DNA of 64,000 nt from Candidatus Undinarchaeota archaeon (GTDB taxonomy: Archaea > SpSt-1190 > JASMDC01). Below are positions 56,301 through 63,682 of the stretch, in pieces. How positions within the stretch are numbered: the stretch's first letter is position 1; each line of letters begins with the position of its first letter. The stretch spans positions 122,032 through 186,031 of the forward strand of contig CAZFHY010000001.1 in the NCBI GenBank assembly GCA_964519305.1, in the 5' to 3' direction. The notes under the pieces are model-generated. The model was given only the letters and a program-made list of their open reading frames with translations, did no database searches and had not been told where the DNA came from. The translations under genes were made by a program, and so were the position numbers.

Positions 56301-57004
56301 TCCTCCGGCCTAACATCGTGGTCGACATCCCCCCCAAGCTCGAGAAGGGCTCGGTCATCAAGATCAAGAACAATGGGACTGCACCTGCCACATTCAAGCT
56401 CACCCTAGACGGCGAACTGAAGAACTGCCTCTCCATCAAGGACAAGGAGTACACCGTCGAGGACGGCAAGGAGATCGAGCTCGCAGTGGATTTCCGCTGT
56501 AAGGTCTCCGAGATGGACGACAAGAACAAGAAGCTCACACTGGGTATCGATGGAGGAAAGCAGCTGAGCTTCAACAAGGTGACCCGTGTGGTCACGCGGA
56601 CCCTGGACGACATCGACACAGGAACAGGCCAGCCCGCCTCCACGCCAGAGCCCACTGCGACGCCCGCTCCGACAGTTGCCACGACCCCGGAGCCGACTGA
56701 GGGCACCGGTGACGATGACTTCGGTGAGGACCCCTATGCTACGCCCGAGGCCACTCCCGATCCAGAGGTCTCAGGTACAAAGACCGAGGGCGGTTCGTCC
56801 GCCATGCTCTATGCCATCGCTGCGTTGGGCGTTATATTGCTCATCGCCGGGGGCGGTGTGGCTTTCATGATGCAAAAGGAAGCCGCGCGCAAGGCCGCCA
56901 TGAAGGCCAATCTGCAGAAGGCCATGACGTCCTACAGTGGAGGTCAACAGCAGAGCGGTTACGGCCAGCAGCAGAAGCAGTGGGGCAGCGGCGGTTACCA
57001 GTAG
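53375..57004 (+). CDS. Large surface protein with Ig-like array, TM anchor and Q/G/Y tail (partial paralog lacking vWA)
   Basis: Signal peptide. The C-terminal two-thirds parallel the two upstream proteins (I.AP..I.VVP, F.N.GN...Y, NTGN..DTY). TPEP linker, TM and tail SYSGGQQQSGYGQQQKQWGSGGYQ. Confidence 0.85.
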   Translation: MSPAYRALITIIALFSALVPITMAELSIGDVEVVDAHGKYFLFFTITTDTSPVSLYPFFQDGIVSSGGCTPGDQHRVLFKDSILQSGGSTTAAVYCPGALDGQANFTFTYHNYTSEPPELTITDPIQVDFTIDDLTRLDLMETESIECAVGKEARDLPVSVGRRVELGVGDERNVAYYVTNMLADGFYPLLVKYSFKFLEFDESEGKIRIEGNNTEVVNFTFDCADGLDTKKKIGNITAYHRDIDCASENDASTAVLWVGYNNEDTIIVDNDMASGEYYTHMEFPAQSWRFSFHRNENAIQAIETKCMLFKDTVIYALVRNATHLSYQEGKPLVDVSQLSKLSGKLTSASREVIDGRLVYRYTSNYTHVKYGEDPQPISALPKWYVEKEVLIKREINGQIQDMVRQVPTEWDLDFLAHGISGEGVVSWNFSSAEYGVEYNITTVYLVITPVDIYAPDTIEVVPVQNNTVAFTLRNNMVEGDIRLCAKASAGWNALVRKEEINLPCQNITVAKGDEAETQVLFWSDGVETGTVKIEVYNTRDDLLVGTKGVDVGAARFKKFNIGTYSCAAVGPPAGELAEANCDLSFRNEGNLAELVYYSVIVDTITPAFSMNQVQLSKYSERTTNHTAIMYGCDLTDGEKKLLAHLDKSLFFSQLATMVTGEVSELAGSYTVAFGTTKGLLININQTAYDALRTSLTTMLATPTLGNAKELTATITDYKFVLISHLMGKCELAPTNTVNATLMVCSEDPTSGCSERTITMSPFKFTPSFNITNTHPKLYLRPGDKASAIVSLTNEQGFPIRFKLSSNDACSKFIGTIDKETVPMEVYSISLNITAASDQSDECTFIVTAHPVGIPDSALSTELELVITKEDHIGMKMSATSGLSGVPGETVEFFVNVSNTGNVEDTYDIVIDGTGDTVLGSPITRSLKAAAYQPLVIPFTMGLPDNAAGTYTLLATVTSQAKPSEITESQPINIEILRPNIVVDIPPKLEKGSVIKIKNNGTAPATFKLTLDGELKNCLSIKDKEYTVEDGKEIELAVDFRCKVSEMDDKNKKLTLGIDGGKQLSFNKVTRVVTRTLDDIDTGTGQPASTPEPTATPAPTVATTPEPTEGTGDDDFGEDPYATPEATPDPEVSGTKTEGGSSAMLYAIAALGVILLIAGGGVAFMMQKEAARKAAMKANLQKAMTSYSGGQQQSGYGQQQKQWGSGGYQ

Positions 57005-57016
57005 GACGCTTGCAGT

Positions 57017-57111
57017 GAGCGAGCGGCCGTGGGGGTCTCGGACGGACCGTGTTCTTAAGGGACGTCAGTAATCCCTATCCACAGCACGTCGTCATCGGCC
57101 CCCTCCCGCTC
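57017..57111 (-). ncRNA. Candidate structured RNA with kink-turn
   Basis: Minus strand: outer stem GAGCGGG/CTCGCTC; GGGGGCC-GAT-GA-CGAC...GTC-C-GA-GACCCCC (K-turn geometry); inner hairpin GGGA-N9-TCCC. Confidence 0.4.
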
Positions 57112-57140
57112 AATCCAGGGGCGCCCGCTGGCGGGGGATG

Positions 57141-57179
57141 AGAGAGAAAAAAAGGGGCAGGGGGGATGAATCCCTGCCC
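57141..57179 (-). terminator. GC-rich hairpin followed by T7 tract
   Basis: Minus strand GGGCAGGGA-TTCA-TCCCCCCTGCCC-CTTTTTTTCTCTCT, downstream of the 57212..57517 gene. Confidence 0.55.
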
Positions 57180-57211
57180 GGCACCCTGGGATGATCTGTG
57201 TACGAGAAATC

Positions 57212-57517
57212 CTACCTAGCGGCCTTTGCGCACACGTCCCACTGCTCAAGCATGGACCCCGCACGGGTGGCGAGGAACTCCACGGATCGACGGGTGAGGC
57301 TCAGGGACTGAAGCCGGTCCCATCGCGTGGTCTCCAGGTTCTTGGATACCTTCTCGATGGAAAGGTTGGTGGGCCAAACCACGAACCTGAACCCAAGGTT
57401 CTCCTTGATGGGCACGTAGTACGTGGTCAGCGGCCGCACCTTGACGGCCATGTCCTGCTCGAGGACTTCATCGGTCTTGATGTCGCTTTCTGTGTTGGCA
57501 TTATCCTTGTCAGCCAT
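57212..57517 (-). CDS. Small hypothetical protein
   Basis: ATG 57517 with a GGTGTGA RBS, 101 aa, divergent from rpl7ae. Confidence 0.6.
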   Translation of the reverse strand: MADKDNANTESDIKTDEVLEQDMAVKVRPLTTYYVPIKENLGFRFVVWPTNLSIEKVSKNLETTRWDRLQSLSLTRRSVEFLATRAGSMLEQWDVCAKAAR

Positions 57518-57644
57518 AGATTCACACCGGTCGGGGTAATGTCGTCCGTGGACTAAATGGATTCGTGACGACCGGCAAGGGGGAAAAAGGCTACGCGGCC
57601 TGTGAGGAAGTCTTATAAATTGAACCTTTCCACAACTCAAACCA

Positions 57645-57683
57645 AACCAATGAACGATGACGGAATTTATTCCGAGGAAGGTT
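57645..57683 (+). promoter_or_regulatory. K-turn-containing 5' UTR of rpl7ae (autoregulatory site)
   Basis: C-GAT-GA-CGGAATTTATTC-C-GA-G nested within AACC-AAT-GA...GGTT. TATA box CTTATAAAT at about 57612-57620. Confidence 0.6.
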
Positions 57684-57690
57684 GAAAGAA

Positions 57691-58062
57691 ATGGCAGCGA
57701 TTCATGTGAAGTATGACACACCCAAAGAGCTCGCCGACAAGGCCCTCGAGGCCATCGAGGTCGCTAAGACCTCCGGTAAGCTCAAGAAGGGCAGCAATGA
57801 GGCCACGAAGGTCATCGAGCGCAAGCTGGCGAGCCTCGTGGTCATCGCCGAAGACGTCACGCCCCCCGAGGTCGTGGCACACCTCCCTCCCCTCTGTGAG
57901 GAGAAGGAGATACCTTATGTCTATGTCCAGAGCAAGGTGGAACTGGGCGCCGCGGCCGGCATCGATGTGCCCTCGGCGGCAATCGCCATCACCAAACCTG
58001 GCAATGCCAAGCCCATTATCGAGGAGATCCAGGCCAAGGTCGCCGAGCTCCTGAAGAAGTAG
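57691..58062 (+). CDS. rpl7ae: 50S ribosomal protein L7Ae
   Basis: [36 protein letters not shown] and ELGAAAGI. Confidence 0.97.
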   Translation: MAAIHVKYDTPKELADKALEAIEVAKTSGKLKKGSNEATKVIERKLASLVVIAEDVTPPEVVAHLPPLCEEKEIPYVYVQSKVELGAAAGIDVPSAAIAITKPGNAKPIIEEIQAKVAELLKK

Positions 58063-58071
58063 GGGAGCATC

Positions 58072-58323
58072 GTGGCACGAGGTGCTGAAAAGAAGGTAGA
58101 GGCGAAAGCGGCTGCGTCCGATCTGGGAACACCTGCCAAGGTGGTCGAGATCATGGGACGCACCGGCGTCCGCGGCGAGGTCATCCAGGTCCGATGCGAA
58201 GTTCTCATCGGGCGCGACCAGGGTAAGATCATCGTGCGCAACATCAGAGGACCGATCAGGACTGGCGACATCCTGATGCTCATGGAGACAACCATGCAGG
58301 CCTCTAAGCTGTCAGCGAGGTAG
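58072..58323 (+). CDS. rps28e: 30S ribosomal protein S28e
   Basis: [22 protein letters not shown] and [16 protein letters not shown]. Confidence 0.96.
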   Translation: MARGAEKKVEAKAAASDLGTPAKVVEIMGRTGVRGEVIQVRCEVLIGRDQGKIIVRNIRGPIRTGDILMLMETTMQASKLSAR

Positions 58324-58330
58324 GAGCACA

Positions 58331-58507
58331 ATGGACTGCAGCTTCTGTGGAAAAGAAATCGAGCCCGGTGCAGGTACGATGTTCATCAAGGACGATGGAA
58401 CCATCCTGTACTTCTGCTCGAGCAAGTGCGACAACAACCTCCTGAACCTCTCCCGGGTCCCCCGCCGGGTCAAGTGGACCGAGCAGGGGCAGAAGAAGAA
58501 GCCCTGA
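58331..58507 (+). CDS. rpl24e: 50S ribosomal protein L24e
   Basis: Below the ORF cutoff: [33 protein letters not shown]...PRRVKWT. Confidence 0.95.
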   Translation: MDCSFCGKEIEPGAGTMFIKDDGTILYFCSSKCDNNLLNLSRVPRRVKWTEQGQKKKP

Positions 58508-58550
58508 ATGCCGCGGCATCGACCGCGGCATCCCCCGGGAGTAGACAGCG

Positions 58551-60323
58551 TTGCGCCAACCGATAGTCTCTGTGCTAGGCCATGTAGACCATGGTAAGAC
58601 GAGCATCCTGGACTGGATCAGGAAGACATCGGTAGCATGTCGTGAGTCCGGCGGTATCACTCAGCATATTGGAGCAACGTGTGTACCCCTCAACGTCGTC
58701 GAGACATATTGTAAAGGGCTCATGAAGGATACGACCAGTCTGAGCATCCCGGGATTGCTATTCATCGACACACCGGGACACCACGCGTTCACAAGCCTCC
58801 GCAAGCGCGGGGGTGCGCTCTCCGATTTTGCTATTCTTGTCGTTGACCTCAACGACGGGTTCCAGCCCCAGACCATCGAGTCTCTGACGATTCTCCGCCA
58901 ATCGAAGACGCCATTCCTCGTGGCCGCCAACAAGGCGGACATGATCCATGGATGGAAGGCCGGGGAGAGTACCTGTATCTCAGAGAGCCTGAAGAACCAG
59001 TCAAAAGACGTCGTGGATAAGCTCGAGGAGCGTATCTACACTCTCGTAGGTCAGCTCTCGGAACACGGGTTCGAGGGAGAAAGGTACGATCGGATCACGA
59101 ACTTCGCCAAGCAGGTGTCCATCGTCCCGGTCTCTGCAAAGACCGGGGAAGGTATCGGCGAGCTCCTCATGGTGCTTTCCGGGCTCACGCAGCAGTTCCT
59201 CAAGGACGGCCTAGTCGTAGACGTGAGCGCGCCCGGTAAGGGCACAATCCTCGAGGTGAAAGAGGAGCGGGGCCTGGGCACTACTCTCGATGTCATCCTC
59301 TACGATGGCACGATCAAGGAGGGCGATACGATCGTCGTAGGCTCGCTTGGCCCGCCTATCGTGGCCCGCGTACGTGCCCTGCTCAACCCCAAACCCCTCG
59401 ACGAGATGCGCGATCCGAAGGACAAGTTCGACTCCGTCAAGGAGGTTCAGGCTGCGGCCGGTATCAAGATCGCGGCACCCGGCCTCGAGAACGCCATGGC
59501 GGGTACGACGCTGGCTGTTGCCAAGAACAAGAAAGAGGTCAAGCGGCTCGTCCAGGCGGCCACGCAAGAGGTGAGCGACGTCCTTGTTGAACAGGATGTC
59601 AACGGTGTGGTCATCAAGGCCGATACACTTGGCGCTCTTGAGGCCCTCGTGGGCATGCTCAAGACACTTGAAATCCCGATCAGCCGGGCTGATGTGGGGC
59701 GTATCACCAAACGCGATGTTCTCAAGGCCGAACAAGTTAGCAATACCGACCGTTACCGCGGTGTCGTGCTCGGGTTCAATACTACGGTCCTTCCCGATGC
59801 CAAGGAGCTGGCACGGAACAAAGGTGTGCCGGTCTTTAATAACAGCGTAATCTACCGGCTCCTCGACGACTACGATGAATGGACCACGACAGAGAGAGAT
59901 AAGGAAAAGGTAGAGCTCCTCTCCAACGTTGTGCGTGCCGGCAAGGTCCACGTGCTACGTGGCTACGTGTTCAGGCAGTGCAAGCCGGCCGTGGTCGGCG
60001 TAGAGGTCCTGGGCGGCCTAGTCAAGCCCGGATATCCCCTCATGACGCTGAAAGGCGATTGTGTGGGGCGTATCAAGGGTGTACAGGACAAGGGCGACAA
60101 CGTGCGTATGGCCGAGGAAGGAATGCAGGTCGCGCTCTCTATCGACTCAGCAAAAGTGGGGAAAGACTTCGATGAAGATGATATTCTCCTCACCGATATT
60201 CCTGAGCCCGATTACAGAACAATTAAAAAGATTTTGGAAGTTATCCGGGGAAGTGAGAAGGCGGCGCTTCAACAGATCGTCGATATTAAACGCACTCGCA
60301 ATCCGTTGTGGGCGCTAGGATAG
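58551..60323 (+). CDS. infB: Translation initiation factor aIF5B (IF-2)
   Basis: RQPIVSVLGHVDHGKT, GGITQHIGA, DTPGH and NKAD. No intein. Confidence 0.97.
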   Translation: MRQPIVSVLGHVDHGKTSILDWIRKTSVACRESGGITQHIGATCVPLNVVETYCKGLMKDTTSLSIPGLLFIDTPGHHAFTSLRKRGGALSDFAILVVDLNDGFQPQTIESLTILRQSKTPFLVAANKADMIHGWKAGESTCISESLKNQSKDVVDKLEERIYTLVGQLSEHGFEGERYDRITNFAKQVSIVPVSAKTGEGIGELLMVLSGLTQQFLKDGLVVDVSAPGKGTILEVKEERGLGTTLDVILYDGTIKEGDTIVVGSLGPPIVARVRALLNPKPLDEMRDPKDKFDSVKEVQAAAGIKIAAPGLENAMAGTTLAVAKNKKEVKRLVQAATQEVSDVLVEQDVNGVVIKADTLGALEALVGMLKTLEIPISRADVGRITKRDVLKAEQVSNTDRYRGVVLGFNTTVLPDAKELARNKGVPVFNNSVIYRLLDDYDEWTTTERDKEKVELLSNVVRAGKVHVLRGYVFRQCKPAVVGVEVLGGLVKPGYPLMTLKGDCVGRIKGVQDKGDNVRMAEEGMQVALSIDSAKVGKDFDEDDILLTDIPEPDYRTIKKILEVIRGSEKAALQQIVDIKRTRNPLWALG

Positions 60324-60334
60324 GGATGATGATA

Positions 60335-60739
60335 ATGGTGTTCAAAGTAACGATATCGGATATCAAGGGAGGCAAGTCCTACCAGAAGGAACTCTCTGGA
60401 GACGAAATGAAAGGATTCATCGGAAAGAAGATCGGTGAAACATTCAGGGGCGAAATCCTCGGCCTAACCGGTTACGAGCTCATAATAACAGGAGGCACAG
60501 ATAAGCAAGGTTTCGCCATGCGCAAGGATGTCGAGGGGGCTGCTCGTAAGAAGGTGCTCCTCGCCGGACCGCCCGGCTACCGACCGAAATCCGACGGAAT
60601 TCGCCGGCGCAAGAGTGTGCGCGGCAACATGATCTCGGATGCCATTCTACAGATAAACTCCAAGGTAGTCAAAGCCGGGAAGAAGAAGCTCGAGACATAC
60701 TTTGCTGGCGATGATGGAGGGGCCGAGAAGGCCGAGTGA
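60335..60739 (+). CDS. rps6e: 30S ribosomal protein S6e
   Basis: FKVTISD..GKSYQ, ITGGTDKQGFAMR and RRRKSVRGN. Confidence 0.96.
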   Translation: MVFKVTISDIKGGKSYQKELSGDEMKGFIGKKIGETFRGEILGLTGYELIITGGTDKQGFAMRKDVEGAARKKVLLAGPPGYRPKSDGIRRRKSVRGNMISDAILQINSKVVKAGKKKLETYFAGDDGGAEKAE

Positions 60740-60743
60740 TTAC

Positions 60744-61979
60744 ATGTCCCCCGATCCCGTACCACAACCTGAGGTCAATATCGGACTAGTCGGTCACATC
60801 GACCACGGAAAGACAACGCTCACTAAAGCTCTCAGTGGAGTATGGGCCGACACCCACTCCGAGGAGCTCAAGCGCGGTATAACGATCAAGCTCGGTTACG
60901 CTAACACATCATTCTACAAGTGCCCTAAGGAGAAGGGCCCAAAAGCATTCACCACCCTCAATCGGTGTGTGGCTTGCGGTGGCGAGGCAAAGCTCCAGCG
61001 AGCCGTATCCTTCGTCGACTCACCGGGTCACGAGACCCTCATGGCCACCATGCTCTGTGGTGCAGCCATCATGGACGGCGCGTTGCTGGTGGTCGCGGCC
61101 AACGAGGAGTGCCCCCAGCCCCAGACGAAAGAGCACCTCATGGCGCTGGACATAGTCGGCGTCGACAACATAGTCGTGGTCCAGAACAAGGTCGATCTGG
61201 TCTCTCGTGAGAAGGTCCAAGAGAATTACCAACAGATCGTCCAGTTCCTCGGAGAGGAACGCGCTAAGAAGACACCCATCATCCCGATCTCCGCTCAGCA
61301 CAATATCAACGTTGACGCCTTGATCCAGGCCATCGAGACGATCATCCCGACTCCAAAGCGGGACCCGTCAGCGGATCCGCGTATGTACGTCGCGCGCTCT
61401 TTCGATGTCAACCGACCAGGAAAACACCCCTCAAAACTTGTGGGTGGTGTCCTCGGCGGTGCTCTCGTTCAGGGCAAGCTCAAGATCGGTGACGAGATCG
61501 AGATCAGACCGGGGATCAGGCACAAGGTCGAGAACAAGGACATTTGGGAACCTTTACACACGACGATCACGACCATTACTACAGGGGACAAGGCAACCAA
61601 AGAAGTGACCCCTGGCGGTTCGTTCGGCATAGGTACGTCCCTTGATCCATCACTCTCTAAAGCGGACTCGCTCTCGGGCAACCTCGTAGGTTTCCCAGGT
61701 AAGCTGCCCCCGGTCCTCTCGACGCTCGACCTGGACGTCACCCTCCTCGAACGCGTGGTTGGGTCCAAGGAAGAGATCGCTGTTGATCCAATCTCTCCCA
61801 AGGAGCTGTTCATGATCAATGTCGGTTCGGCCACCACCGTCGGTGTGGTAGTCGACAAACACAAGGACCACGTTCGTGTGGCGCTCAAGCGGCCCGTATG
61901 CGCGTTGGAGGGCGAGCGTGCCTCGCTCTCACGGCGGTTCGGGGCTCGGTGGCGATTGATCGGGTACGGTGTCATCTAA
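60744..61979 (+). CDS. eif2g: Translation initiation factor aIF2 gamma subunit
   Basis: QPEVNIGLVGHIDHGKT, EELKRGITIKLGY, DSPGHE, PQPQT.EH and RWRLIGYG. Confidence 0.97.
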   Translation: MSPDPVPQPEVNIGLVGHIDHGKTTLTKALSGVWADTHSEELKRGITIKLGYANTSFYKCPKEKGPKAFTTLNRCVACGGEAKLQRAVSFVDSPGHETLMATMLCGAAIMDGALLVVAANEECPQPQTKEHLMALDIVGVDNIVVVQNKVDLVSREKVQENYQQIVQFLGEERAKKTPIIPISAQHNINVDALIQAIETIIPTPKRDPSADPRMYVARSFDVNRPGKHPSKLVGGVLGGALVQGKLKIGDEIEIRPGIRHKVENKDIWEPLHTTITTITTGDKATKEVTPGGSFGIGTSLDPSLSKADSLSGNLVGFPGKLPPVLSTLDLDVTLLERVVGSKEEIAVDPISPKELFMINVGSATTVGVVVDKHKDHVRVALKRPVCALEGERASLSRRFGARWRLIGYGVI

Positions 61980-62362
61980 TGATGTACGCTCTCGATACGA
62001 ACTTCCTGATGATCCCACATATCCATGGTGTGGACATCCTGACCGAGCTCACTCGCCTTAATCCCAGTGCTGAGACGGTCACCGTACACGCTGTTGTCGA
62101 CGAGTTGCAGTCACTGGCCGCAGCTGGCCGCGGCCGGGACAACCTCGCGGCCGAGGTCGGGCTCAAGGTCGTAGATTTGGGGGTCACCGTGCTCCCATTC
62201 TCTGCTCCGGGATCGGCGGACGATATTCTTGTTGCCCTTTCCCAAGAGAAAGGAGCTGTTGTGTGCACCCAGGACAAACAGCTCAAGCAGCGCCTCGCCG
62301 AGCTTAGACGCCCTGTAGTCGTCCTTCGCAATCGTAGTCATCTTGAAGAGGTGAGCGCATGA
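61979..62362 (+). CDS. PIN-domain ribonuclease (Fcf1/Utp24-like)
   Basis: LDTNFL, V.DEL, ADD and TQD..L, in the conserved position after eif2g. Confidence 0.85.
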   Translation: MMYALDTNFLMIPHIHGVDILTELTRLNPSAETVTVHAVVDELQSLAAAGRGRDNLAAEVGLKVVDLGVTVLPFSAPGSADDILVALSQEKGAVVCTQDKQLKQRLAELRRPVVVLRNRSHLEEVSA

Positions 62363-62916
62363 GCAATCCCTGGATTACCATCCCACCGGGACCGGATCCC
62401 CCAGAAATCGTCAACGTCGTGGTCGAGGTTCCGCGCGGGGGACGGAACAAGTACGAGATGGTATCTGATAAGGGGCAGGTGTACTACCAGCTCACCACGG
62501 TACTCTCAGCTCCCGTCTTCCATAACGGTGACTACGGCATAATCCCGCAGACGATATTCGACAACGGGGAGCCCCTCGACTGTCTTGTCGTCACCAGTGA
62601 ACCGACATTTCCCGGGTGCGTCATCGAGTCGCGCCCCATCGCGATCCTTGAAATGATCACAGGTGAGCAACGCTCGGACACGGTGCTGGCCGTGCCAGTC
62701 CGCGACCGAACGCTCGCTGATGTCAAACGACTTGACGACCTGCCAACCAACCTCCCTAAGGAGATCGCCCGGTACTTCAGTCTCCAGAGCGAGCTCGCAG
62801 GGGACGTCACTACCGAGGTGCTAGGATGGCGGGACGCGGTGACCGCTCGAAAGGTCATCGCACATTCGATGCGGCTGTTCGATAAGAAGGTGCGGCCGAA
62901 GCTGGATATTCGATAG
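62359..62916 (+). CDS. ppa: Family I inorganic pyrophosphatase homolog with degenerate active site
   Basis: VEVPRG.RNKYE, DYG.IPQT, EPTFPG..IESRPI and VLAVPV.D identify the family, but DGDPLD reads NGEPLD. Confidence 0.8.
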   Translation: MSNPWITIPPGPDPPEIVNVVVEVPRGGRNKYEMVSDKGQVYYQLTTVLSAPVFHNGDYGIIPQTIFDNGEPLDCLVVTSEPTFPGCVIESRPIAILEMITGEQRSDTVLAVPVRDRTLADVKRLDDLPTNLPKEIARYFSLQSELAGDVTTEVLGWRDAVTARKVIAHSMRLFDKKVRPKLDIR

Positions 62917-62928
62917 GAGGGTAGAATC

Positions 62929-63480
62929 ATGTACAAACTGGTCTCGATGCGCGACAGCGTAAGGGTGGACCCAGCGCTCCTGGGCAAGAAGCCCATGGAA
63001 GCGGTGGATGTATCCCTGCGCAAGGCATATGAGGGCCTCATGGACCGTCAGGTCGGTGTTGTGCTCTGTATCACTAAAGTAGAGAGCGTTGGCGAGGGAA
63101 AGATCATCCCCGGTGACGCTGGCGTCTACTACGACACTGTGTTCGAGATGCTCATCTACCGGCCCGAGCTCCACGAAGTGGTCGAGGGCACAATCATCGA
63201 GATCGTGGACTTCGGTGCATTCATCCGCCTTGGGCCCATCGACGGCCTCGTCCACATCTCGCAGATCACCGATGATTATATTTCGTACAGTAAGGACGGT
63301 GTCCTTATGGGCCGCGAGAGCAAGCGTGTGCTCAAGAGCGGTGACAAGGTCAGGGCACGCATCATCACCGTGTCCTACAAGCACAGTCAGTCCGCCAAGG
63401 TCGGTCTGACCATGCGCCAGCCCGGTCTCGGTAAGATCGATTGGGCAGGCGAGGAGGAAGGAGGTGTTGTCCTTGCCTGA
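62929..63480 (+). CDS. rpoE1: RNA polymerase subunit Rpo7 (E')
   Basis: VRVDP, G.IIPGD.GVY and S1 domain FGAFIRLGPIDGLVHISQI; LTMRQPGLGK. Confidence 0.97.
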   Translation: MYKLVSMRDSVRVDPALLGKKPMEAVDVSLRKAYEGLMDRQVGVVLCITKVESVGEGKIIPGDAGVYYDTVFEMLIYRPELHEVVEGTIIEIVDFGAFIRLGPIDGLVHISQITDDYISYSKDGVLMGRESKRVLKSGDKVRARIITVSYKHSQSAKVGLTMRQPGLGKIDWAGEEEGGVVLA

Positions 63481-63658
63481 GAAGGTCTGCCGCTCCTGCC
63501 GCCGTATCGTGCTGAAGGACAAGTGCCCCATCTGCGGAGGCGACTCCTTCACGACCACCTGGACCGGGGTGGCCCACATCCTGGACTCGAAGGATTCCAT
63601 CATCGCTACCGAGATGGGTGTCGATATCCCCGGAAAGTACGCTCTGCGCGTACGGTAA
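63473..63658 (+). CDS. spt4: Transcription elongation factor Spt4 (RpoE'')
   Basis: CRSC...CPICG, W.G, S.IA and PGKYALRVR. GGAGGTG RBS precedes the TTG start. Confidence 0.95.
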   Translation: MPEKVCRSCRRIVLKDKCPICGGDSFTTTWTGVAHILDSKDSIIATEMGVDIPGKYALRVR

Positions 63659-63682
63659 TGTTAACACAAGGAGTGAATCTAC

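Noticed and set aside
43298-57004. PGF-CTERM/archaeosortase signals on the surface proteins
   Set aside because: No PGF or PEF motif precedes the TM, and long cytoplasmic tails follow it.
57055-57080. CTGACG in a hairpin as a possible hammerhead ribozyme core
   Set aside because: It lacks the CUGAnGA...GAAA core and the three-stem geometry.
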